This document shows positions 53,696-64,000 of a DNA stretch of 64,000 bases, in pieces; position 1 is the first letter of the stretch; each line of letters begins with the position of its first letter. Origin of the DNA: Eledone cirrhosa (taxonomy: Eukaryota); NCBI GenBank assembly GCA_964016885.1, contig OZ024743.1, positions 202,492,001 through 202,556,000 on the forward strand, read 5' to 3'. The position numbers were made by a program, and so were the translations under genes. The notes beneath the pieces were generated by a model that was not told where the DNA came from, searched no databases, and saw only the letters and a program-made list of their open reading frames with translations.

Positions 53696-54978
53696 ATACA
53701 TACATACATACATACATACATACATACATAGATACATATACATACATACATACATATGCAGAACTGATGAGAAATACTCCACCCTGATTACACCTTCAGA
53801 TTTATGCCTGTGATTATTGGGGCACTGGGATATGTTAGTAACTGCCTCAATACAAATCAGAAAGAACACAACTAGTTAGGAAATCACAAGTACAATCCAT
53901 TAATGGAAGAGTAAACATATGTAAAACATTCCAAATATTTTGCATCTTATAACTGCATATACACATGTACAGATACAAAGCATATACACATGCACAGATA
54001 CAACTCAAGACATACACATCCACACATACAATAACATCCATATCTACACATGCATGCATACATACATATCTACCTGGTTGATGTTGTGTAAATTCCAATG
54101 AGAGAGTCTTGTGTCTATGTTAGAAACCGACTCTCTCTCTATTGGTAAAACTTTGTGAAATTATAAAACCAGACGAATATACATACATACATACATATGG
54201 ACAGTTTCTCTACAAAATGACTTCGAAATAAATATAAATAGTTAGCGACTTCAGGCCAACAAACGAATCGTTCTCATCAAATTCGAAATGTTTTTCTATA
54301 ATACTATGTAAAGCTATTTATGGCTTTTGCACTTGTCTAAATTCTGAGATTCTAAGATCGGTGTCTGTTTTTAGAAACAAAACAGCCGCTTCCAACAGGT
54401 ATATTTGAAAGAATTAAAAAAACAGAAAGAGAGCATACATATTTTCCTGCATGTACATATGTGTGCTAAAGGTGGCGAATTGCCAAAGGGGTTAACATGT
54501 CATCTAGAATTATTTGCGGTGTTTGTTCAAGTTCTGAGCATTTTGACATCAAATCTCCCCGAGATGAGCTTTGCGTTCCTTGACGTCCAGGTCAAATTTT
54601 ACTAGTGATATACACTTCAATACTGAGTTAGATGCTTTCTTTATTTTTTCCACATTTCTCTCTTGATCCTTCTTTTTCCTTCTCTGACTCTCTCGATTTC
54701 TGTGAGAATTCGGCTGTTTTGATTTCAGTCAACAGATATATACTACTCGACCATTAGTTAAGTGTCCAAGAGATGGACATATATGGCTATAACCATTGTT
54801 TTCTAATATTAGCAGAAGGCTTCAGAAATTTGATGCAGAATTATCTGTTTGTTGTTTTTAAATTAACCAGAATGCATTTCTGTGATAAATTTAATAGGAG
54901 AAAGAGGGGCAAATAGAATGCTAATCTCGATTGTGTCAACAGTCATTTACTATATATATGTATATATGTATATATGTA

Positions 54979-55107
<129 letters not shown>

Positions 55108-55234
55108 CTTGGAGTTGGGAGAACTTTCTAGGTGCAAATCCCATGGTCATTCATGGCCGAATGTTTTTTTTTTACACTTTATGTATATATATATATATAT
55201 ATATATTATTGGCAATATGACCCTCCCAAAGTAT

Positions 55235-55271
<37 letters not shown>

Positions 55272-55278
<7 letters not shown>

Positions 55279-55428
55279 GTGAGGTATTTTTACAAAATGA
55301 AAAATAACCGAGGTTTCCTTCACGAGTGAAACTATAAAGAAAATAAGATGAAATCGAAAATGCAACTGGAGTCTTATGTTTTTAAAATAAGCCTCCAGTT
55401 GCATTTTCGATTTCATCTTTTTTTCTGT
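55272..55428. mobile_element. Truncated fold-back copy of the 24560-type repeat
   Basis: TTAGAAAGTGAGG...GAAATCGAAAATGCAACTGGAG followed by its inverse CTCCAGTTGCATTTTCGATTTC. Confidence 0.75.
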
Positions 55429-57120
55429 ATATATATATTCCACATGCATATTTAATGTCCATGCCAGGGGCATTCATCTTGACACCGTATCTAATGAGAC
55501 GGGTGCCATTGAATTACTGTAAGTACAAAACATTCCTGCAGCTGAGTGGTCTGGAGAACGTGAAATAAAGTATCATGCTCAATAACACAATGCACCGCTG
55601 AGAACCTATCTCAAAATCTTATGATAATATGCCAAACTCCCTAACCACCAAGACTCGAGGTATAACATAACCGTACATTATACACTTACACACATGAATA
55701 TATATATATGTGGATATAGGTACGTATTAATGTAAGTATGCACGTACGTATATATCTGTGTATGGTTGTATGTATGTTTGTATGCATGTATGTATGCATG
55801 CACATATCTATGTGTGTAGTGTGTATGCTTGTATGTATGTTTGTATATGTTAACTGGGACATCACTTATTCTATTCACTTTCTTGCCAAAGTACCATTCG
55901 ATAGTTGCCACTCGCACGTTTCATTTAACCTAAAGCGTTCCATTTAGGAATTGAAAGCAAAATAAATTTTATTTGTTTCGATATTTCTTGCCACTCTGAA
56001 TAAACTTTACGAAAAGTGAGACTAAGGCTAGGTTAGTAATGTTGTTGAGATAATATGTTGTATTAGCATCGTATATATTGAAGAATAATACAGTATTTCA
56101 TGAGATATTAGATAAGTCTAGAAAGCTCTTCTCTAGATATAATTAGTTAATCTAGTTATGAGATGAGGTAAGATTGACAGATGTCTGACATTCATGTCTA
56201 ATTTTCGTGTCTCCTCAAAGATGCTAAATTGTGTATATTTAAGAAACGTACATCTAATGTTAATATAGTATAGTCTAATAGTGCACATAGTAGAAAATAT
56301 GTGAATCTAAGAAATTAGTGTCTAGCTTTCCATAGCTGAGTAATTGACTATATTGTATTGTTGGGCCTCCGTTAGTTGCGTTGTTGAGGATTCTAATTGT
56401 TTGATGAACTTTCCAACCTCTCGTAAAATTAATATTCAAATGAAAGAGTATTCACAAGACACGTGTACTATTCGTTTTGTTCTCAGGGGGATTCAACACG
56501 AATCCGCATGTGAAGAAAAATAGCCCATTAAAGTATTTTTACAACTCATGTTACCCTCTGGGGCAACGCAAAATATATTTATGGAGAAAGACATAACTTG
56601 CATCCTGTAATCAAATTCATAACCAAACACTCTAACCTGGGTTTCTTTGAACAAAATTATTGAAATTTATAAACAGTAATAACTAATATTATCATTAGTG
56701 TCGTCAAGGCGAAGAAAACTCCAGACAGACTTTAGACATATACAGATGTTTTCGATAACGTGTAACATGTATTTGGCAATATCATGAAGCAGGATTCTTG
56801 ACGTAAATGAACATGATGAGAAACATGTTGGCGAAGCAACAAAGGTTTGCGTTGGTAAAATTGGTTTTATGTGGAGAAATTGTTATATAATTGAAGCATC
56901 TTAATATAAATGGGAGGATCGGCTGTGTTCCAACATGGAGTAAGTCGGGCTTACATTTCCATCAGGTATTTAGAGAGACTTTCCTTTCATTTTCTTCAAT
57001 TTGGAAAACTTTCCAATGCGCATATAGGACTTTTGCGAAAGATCAAGGGAAAATCATAATTGGCGGAAAGAATAATTTCTAGAACGACATCTTGTATGGA
57101 TATATATATATATATATACA

Positions 57121-57299
<179 letters not shown>

Positions 57300-57385
57300 G
57301 AATTGCATGTTAATAGTTCACAATCAATTGTAGGAACTTCAAGCTGGTTGCTGGTCTTTTTTTTCCATTTCTTGTTCCAACTTAC

Positions 57386-57522
57386 CGGTAGGTACTTCTG
57401 AATAGCATGTGGGTGACGTCCATGACTTTGGATAGTTTTGCTTGGAGATCCAGTCGGGGCAATTGGAGACAGTTGGTTGCATGTGACAGGACGTGCTCGA
57501 AGGAATCGGCTCGAAAAAAACT
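57386..57522 (-). CDS. Candidate exon of an unidentified host gene
   Basis: (CTT)n pyrimidine tract plus AG acceptor, consensus donor G|GTAAGT, GC-richer unique sequence, open in two frames. No homology recognised. Confidence 0.3.
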
Positions 57523-57524
57523 CT

Positions 57525-57555
<31 letters not shown>

Positions 57556-57963
57556 AAGAAGAAGAAGAAAGATGCCTCGATTGCAATCGGTTTACGACAT
57601 AAATTATATAGAAATGCATTAAATCGGTTCAAATAAAAATAAATCACGACAGCTCCATGTCGCTTTCTGGTGGCAGGCAGTTAGGTGGTGCGATCGAGGA
57701 AGGAAATATGTCACTATCACCACTATAAAACAATTATTTCTGGAGCCTTTTACAATTGACTTGCCCTAGTTTTGATAGGAATAACTAGTGTAGTGATTAG
57801 GGAGGTTTAAATCAGTTGTTGCATTATACTCGTTTGCCATTATATTCGTAGTAGTTTCTTTGTATTATGTTATATATATATTTATATATATATATATATA
57901 TATTTAAAAGAATAGAGGTGTAACACACGAGTTATGATATATTGGTAAAGTATTAATACAAAA

Positions 57964-58004
<41 letters not shown>

Positions 58005-58139
58005 CGAAGGAAATGTGGTAAGGAACCAGGTGGACCATAACGCACCAAAACCAGGTGGACCATAACACACCATAACGTCCAGAAATAGCCGTCGAAACGG
58101 CTTGAGCCCAGCCGTCGGGGTCCTACTCGTTCCTATATA

Positions 58140-58210
<71 letters not shown>

Positions 58211-58398
58211 GGTAAACGGAAAAGAAAATGCTGACAAATTGTTCACAGTGAAAAATAGTTTAATTAGGAATAAGTGAAAATTAGTAATAGTATTGGTTAG
58301 TATTCAGTTTTGGTTTTAAGTTTTACCGGTTGCGCATTTCTAATGCTTTTCAAAATTAATTTTGAGATAGAGCGTCCGTGATGTTTGCTCTAATCTGG

Positions 58399-58456
<58 letters not shown>

Positions 58457-58785
58457 CTTTTTGTATTAATACTTTCTTTCAATAAACATACTTCATCATT
58501 TGTGAAGATGTCATATATAAGTGAAGGTATGTATAGCTCCTCTGATAATTTGTAATATTTTTATACATACATCTTTAATATGATATACATACCAACACAT
58601 ACATATATATCCCAGAAACGATCGTAAAATGATGATTTTTGCAATATAAGGAACCTGTTCATTGTTTTTATTATTTTATACATATATATATATAGTTATT
58701 AAAATAACAGATTAAAGTTTAAGCAGAGAATCGTTGTTTTCACCCTTAACGGGATCTTCTTTGAGCTAAAAAAATCAATATACAT

Positions 58786-58862
<77 letters not shown>

Positions 58863-59208
58863 CGCTGTTATAAATGGACTACATTTTGCAGGATATTAAT
58901 TTCGGAACGTATTTTTTTTGTTTAGCTGATTCCGTAGTTTTATATAATTGATTTCTTCTTAATTGAATTTTTTTTTGTCGGTTTTATAAATGTAAATTTA
59001 ATTGGACTTATTGGATCACGGTTGTCTTATCAGAGATAATTAAATTTAAATCGAGTTCCCTCAGTTGTTAGGTTGTTAGAATTGTCGTTATTTATATTAA
59101 AGTAATGTGCGTGTGCTATATAGACACAAACACATAAAAGCATACGTCTATGTCTGTGGGTCACTGAGCATTGAACATATACATAGAGCTGCACATATAC
59201 GCAAAATC

Positions 59209-59357
<149 letters not shown>

Positions 59358-59488
59358 GGTTTAACAAGGTTAAATGAATTAATCAATGAATAAAGTTTCT
59401 CAATAGATTAGAACCACTCTACAGTTAGGTTTTCTGGAGTTATTAATATTAGTTTAAAATATTAATAAATATAGATTTTCATGTGATA

Positions 59489-59734
59489 AAATATATTTTA
59501 TTATACATATTTTAGAGGTACTGAGCTATTTCAACAGTATGTCCTCATCAGATAAAAATAAGTTGATGCCTGACATACCACGTCTATGTTGATGGTTATA
59601 ATTTAGTCATGGCATGCCTAAATTATAACCATCAACATAGTCAAGGTATGTCAGGCATCATCTTATTTTTATTTGATGAGGACGTACTGTTGAAATAGTT
59701 CAGTACCTCTGAAATATGTATAATAAAATATATT
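59489..59734. repeat. About 120-bp-arm near-perfect palindrome with a hammerhead-like core in each arm
   Basis: Centre at about 59610. The left arm on the - strand reads CTGATGA-GGACATACTGTT-GAAATAGCTC; stem I pairing is weak. Confidence 0.75.
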
Positions 59735-59804
59735 TGATGAAATGAATGACTATATTTTTTTAATATTTTGAAGTAATATATATATATATATATATATATA
59801 TGGA

Positions 59805-60577
59805 TGTATATATAATGTATTTTGCAATACACTTTATGCTTAATTAAAAGCATTTTGAAGACCGTAAGCTATTGTTTTAAAGTAGTGACAAATTCACTCA
59901 CTTTGATCTCAGCAAACAAGGGAGATAAGCCGACAAGACTTGTTTCGCTTTGGTTGAAGCTTATCAAGGCCAACTACCCCACCTGTTTGCTGAGATCATT
60001 GATGTTATATTCTTATAGAAATCTAGTAAATAATCAGGAGCTGATTATGCAGAGCGGTTGTCGGTAAGCTTCAATCAAAGCGAAACAAGTCTTGTCGGCT
60101 TATCTCCCCTGTTTGCTGAGATCAAAGTGAGTGAATTTGTCACTACTTTAAAACAATAGCTTACGGTCTTAAAAAAGCTTTTAATTAAGCATAAAGTGTA
60201 TTGCAAAATACATTATATATACATCCATATATATATTGCTATTTCAGAGCTCCAATTCTAATTTTTAATTTCTGCCTGACCAACAACCGCTCTGCATAAT
60301 CAGCTCCTGATTATTTACTAGATTTCTATAAGAATATAACATCAATGATCTCAGCAAACAGGTGGGGTAGTTGGCCTTGATAAGCTTCAACCAAAGCGAA
60401 ACAAGTCTTGTCGGCTTATCTCCCTTGTTTGCTGAGATCAAAGTGAGTGAATTTGTCACTACTTTAAAACAATAGCTTACGGTCTTCAAAATGCTTTTAA
60501 TTAAGCATAAAGTGTATTGCAAAATACATTATATATACATCCATATATATATTGCTATTTCAGAGCTCCAATTCTAA
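59805..60577. mobile_element. Retrozyme-like element (316-bp unit): inverted part plus about 1.6 direct units, with U3-A8 hammerheads
   Basis: Diverged relative of 36470-37195. HHRs at 59928-59971 (-) and 60373-60416 (+). Strand switch at about 60065; ends GCTATTTCAGAGCTCCAATTCTAAT followed by (TA)n. Confidence 0.87.
60373..60416 (+). ncRNA. Type I hammerhead with U3-A8 core
   Basis: GGCC-TTGATAA-GCTT caacca AAGC-GAAA-CAAGTCTTG-TC-GGCT; distal helix GATCTCAGCAAACA/TGTTTGCTGAGATC. Confidence 0.83.
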
Positions 60578-60626
60578 TATATATATATATGTATGTATAT
60601 ATGCAATCTACGTTTTTCGAATATGA

Positions 60627-60756
60627 ATAATAACATTCGATTCGTTTGCTATTTTGCAAACAAGCCTCAATTTTATAGCCAAATCAGTACAATGCTGACA
60701 TGACTATAACATTAAGGCTTGTTTGCAAAATTGCAAACGAATCGAATGGTATTATT
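60627..60756. repeat. MITE-like fold-back with about 45-bp arms
   Basis: AATAATAACATTCGATTCGTTTGCTATTTTGCAAACAAGCCT and its inverse. Confidence 0.7.
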
Positions 60757-60761
60757 CGATT

Positions 60762-60935
60762 GGCAGTATCGATAGATGGTCGCACCATGCTTTCCAGCAT
60801 AGTTAGGTCCCTTTACAGTCTGAGTTCGAATCCTGCGAAAGTTAACTTTGCCTTTCATCCTTATGGGTCGATAAATTAAAGTACCAGTAATGTACTGGGA
60901 TAATTGCTGGCCTTGTGTCAAAAATAGAAACAATT
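60762..60935 (+). mobile_element. Nin/Deu-type tRNA SINE
   Basis: Same family as 10988-11158. Confidence 0.8.
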
Positions 60936-61136
60936 ATTAATATTCAAAATACTCAGATTACATTTACTGTATTCAGCCATGTTTATATATGTATATATGA
61001 AAGTATGTATATGAAAGTATGTATATACATATATATGTATAGCGGTGTGCAATCGCACGTCCGTATATTAGTATACATATAACTATATATATGTATGCGC
61101 TATTTATATCTGTAAAGTTTACGCACACAGTCACAT

Positions 61137-61169
<33 letters not shown>

Positions 61170-61192
61170 GTATGTATGTCTCTGTGTGAGTG

Positions 61193-61232
<40 letters not shown>

Positions 61233-61433
61233 CCTTCGTCTTTTATTTATTTTGCAATATCCGTGATGTGAAATCGTGTTAGACCATTACTCACCAGAGT
61301 AAATCCTGTCGAGGTTAAGTTGGACTTTCATCGTTATAGAGTCGATAAAATAAATTATCAGTAATGCACCTGGTAACTAGGGTGATGTGATTTTAAAGCG
61401 TTAGACAAATGCGTAGCATGATTGTTTTTGACA

Positions 61434-61583
61434 GAATCGGTAGAGGGTCAGACGCCATGCTTTGATCTGAGTTCAAATCCCGACGACGTTAACTTTGCCT
61501 TTCATCCTTACGGGGTCGATAAAATAAAGTACCAGTAATGTACTGGATAATTGCTGGCCTTGTGCCAAAAGTAGAAACAATTA
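61434..61583 (+). mobile_element. Nin/Deu-type tRNA SINE, with decayed neighbours at about 61295 and 61600
   Basis: GAGTTCAAATCC...GCCTTTCATCCTTACGGGGTCGATAAAATAAAGTACCAG. Confidence 0.8.
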
Positions 61584-62143
61584 TTGATTTTGCAATCTGC
61601 GTTTTGAGGTTCAAATTCCACCAATCTCATCCTTGCCTTTCATCCTTCTGCATTCGATCAAATAAAATACTAATCAAGTGTTGCGGGTCAATTTAATCAA
61701 TATATTCTGCCAATAGAAGATGCCTGACCTTCGCCTCTTTTAGTATCCATTGTAAGTCAGGTAACTAATTCTCAAACCGGTGGGTTTAGTAAACGGATGG
61801 TTATTTTATAGTTATAATTCAATCGTCACATATTCTCTGAACGGCTCAATGATTGTTTGGGCCTTCTCATCTTTGTTTCTCTTTTGTTCTCTATATTCCA
61901 TATTTTTTGTGATGGAGTACTTGGAACTAAATGTTATTGAGGGCGTCATAGAATATGTTACGAATAAACTTGAATAAGCTTCAGGTAACTAAACCTACCT
62001 ATTAATCGTTTAATTAACAAAATAATAAACCGGAGTGAAACGTCATGGTTGTATATGTTTCATAGACTGCATGACTCTTCCAGTATATAACAATATCTCT
62101 TTCAATACAGGATTTCACATCACGGATATTGCAAAATAAATAA

Positions 62144-62237
<94 letters not shown>

Positions 62238-62238
<1 letters not shown>

Positions 62239-64000
62239 AGTTGCATTTATCTTGCTTTATGTTCATACGAGTTATCACCAAGTCACAACCAGTGACCTCA
62301 AGAGACAACAAGGTCCGCCATGTTCAAGAAAGAACATACATACTCACACATGCATATTTAGTGTTTAGACTTGTGATGTACTTATATTGACAGAATCTTC
62401 CTTATTATATGGGCAGTTCCCATTAGTACTATCTTTTGTATTTCTCCTATACGCGGGTTTCCTGGGATTTGCGATAAGTAATCATTAGACCCCTTAGGTA
62501 TCATTCCCTGAGCGCCTACAACCACTGGTATTGTTTTAGTTCTCAATTTCCACATTCTTCCAATTTCTATCTCCAGGTCCTTATACTTGCTCAATTTTTC
62601 AAATGTTTTTATAGATACGTTCTTGTCTATTGGAACAGACATATCAATTAGCAGGCATACCCTCTTTTTAAAGTCCTTCAATATTATATCAGGTCGATTT
62701 GCATCTATTTTTCGGTCTGTTTGGATGCTAAAGTTCCACAAGATTGAGATGTGATCTTTTTCAAGTATGGGAGATGGTTGATTCTCCCACCAATTCTTTT
62801 GATGGGGTAGGTCAAAATGCTTACACATTATCCAATGTATGTATTGTGCAGCTCTGTCATGCCTGTTTAGGTATTCGGTTGGAGCTATAGGACTGCACAT
62901 TGAAATTATATGGTCAATGGTCTCTGGTTGTTTTTTGCATACACGGCATAATGGGCTGCATCCATTTTTTATTATGTTGGCTTGGTAATTTTTTGTTGGC
63001 AGACACTGATCTTGTGCTGATATAATCAGTCCTTCAGTCTCCAATTTCAGTCCAGAGGATGCCAACCACTGATGGGTTAAAGTTTTGCCAACATCAGGAT
63101 TGTTAGCTCGCTCTGGGTATCTTCCATACAGAGGCTTTTCTTGCCATTTCTTAGCCAGTTTCTGTAGCAGTTCTTTCTTTGCAGTTACTTTTACCTGCTT
63201 AGCTTTTTCTGTGTTTTCCATTTCAGCAGTAAATGGGACTTCTGAAATTTGTAGTCCATTACTGTATCTTTGTGCATCTTTTGTAATGGAATATGATCTT
63301 TTGATGCTTTCGTGTTTCAAAACGAGTTTGATCATCCAATCATGTGATTCCCTTAGATATGTATATAATCCAATTGTTGCAGTTTTCAACGCAATGTCTA
63401 ACTGGATTAACCCACGTCCTCCTTCTTTCCTAGGGAGATATATTCTATCTATATCTGCCTTAGGGTGATGCATTCTGTGCATGGTTAAGAATTTTCGAAT
63501 TTTTGTATTCAGCCTACCGATCTCTGTGCTTGACCAGTTGATGACATTGTAACTGTAGGTTACTACTGGTATGGCAAGTGTGTTTATGGCATCGATCCTA
63601 TTCCTTGCATTCAATTCCGTTCTTAAGATTGCTCTTACTCTGCGGTAACATTCCTTCCTTATCCTTTCCCTCATTGTCGAGTGCTTGATTCCGTCTCCTT
63701 CACAAACACCTAGATATTTGTAAGTTTTTTCTTGATCAAGTTCTCTTATTACGTTCCCCTGATCAAGATTAATGTCCGAACCCTTCAGCAGCTTTCCTCT
63801 GGTGAACGTTGCTTTGGCGCATTTATCTAGTCCAAACTCCATTTTAATGTCATCACTGAACTGCTCCACAGTGGATAATAGCCCTTGCAATTGTTCATCA
63901 TTTTTTGCAAATAATTTCAGGTCATCCATGTAGAACAAGTGATTAATGGTTTTGTCATAGACTTTATATCCATGTTTTGTTACATTGAGCATTTTACTTA
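62238..64000 (-). mobile_element. R4/Dong-type RLE non-LTR retrotransposon (family A), continuing beyond the window
   Basis: 3' end abuts (TAA)n; ORF is open. Confidence 0.93.
62382..64000 (-). CDS. RT, CCHC and restriction-like endonuclease ORF (partial; 5' part lies outside the window)
   Basis: HLFYMDDLKL, YKYLG, RxYLPRKEGGRGL, AQDQ, CRVC..ETIDHIISMC, RHD and RPDI..LID..K..KY. Confidence 0.93.
   Translation of the reverse strand, partial: SKMLNVTKHGYKVYDKTINHLFYMDDLKLFAKNDEQLQGLLSTVEQFSDDIKMEFGLDKCAKATFTRGKLLKGSDINLDQGNVIRELDQEKTYKYLGVCEGDGIKHSTMRERIRKECYRRVRAILRTELNARNRIDAINTLAIPVVTYSYNVINWSSTEIGRLNTKIRKFLTMHRMHHPKADIDRIYLPRKEGGRGLIQLDIALKTATIGLYTYLRESHDWMIKLVLKHESIKRSYSITKDAQRYSNGLQISEVPFTAEMENTEKAKQVKVTAKKELLQKLAKKWQEKPLYGRYPERANNPDVGKTLTHQWLASSGLKLETEGLIISAQDQCLPTKNYQANIIKNGCSPLCRVCKKQPETIDHIISMCSPIAPTEYLNRHDRAAQYIHWIMCKHFDLPHQKNWWENQPSPILEKDHISILWNFSIQTDRKIDANRPDIILKDFKKRVCLLIDMSVPIDKNVSIKTFEKLSKYKDLEIEIGRMWKLRTKTIPVVVGAQGMIPKGSNDYLSQIPGNPRIGEIQKIVLMGTAHIIRKILSI

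Noticed and set aside
53760-53785. CTGATGAGAAA motif
   Set aside because: No stem II or flanking pairing; likely a chance match.

Overview
AT-rich animal genomic DNA, probably a coleoid cephalopod such as Octopus (inferred from the (TA)n/(CA)n/(GATA)n density and the Nin/Deu-domain tRNA-SINEs). It looks intronic or intergenic; no host gene is securely identifiable, only a few weak minus-strand exon candidates. Nearly all recognisable coding sequence is retroelement: Tx1-clade LINEs inserted in (GATA)n or (ATT)n, R4/Dong-type RLE LINEs in (TAA)n, RTE-derived elements, and at least five Penelope-like element (PLE) fragments of Naiad and Neptune type. The most striking signal is absent from the ORF track: about 30 type I hammerhead-ribozyme (HHR) motifs from roughly ten sequence families, read by eye. 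Three loci (28.5-30.5 kb, 36.5-37.2 kb, 59.8-60.6 kb) are non-coding 310-321 bp HHR tandem arrays resembling retrozymes. Each has an inverted left part and the same right terminus, and sits in (TA)n. Several HHR families carry a compensatory U3-A8 core or a C4 core. Most short ORFs in the track are microsatellite translation artefacts.
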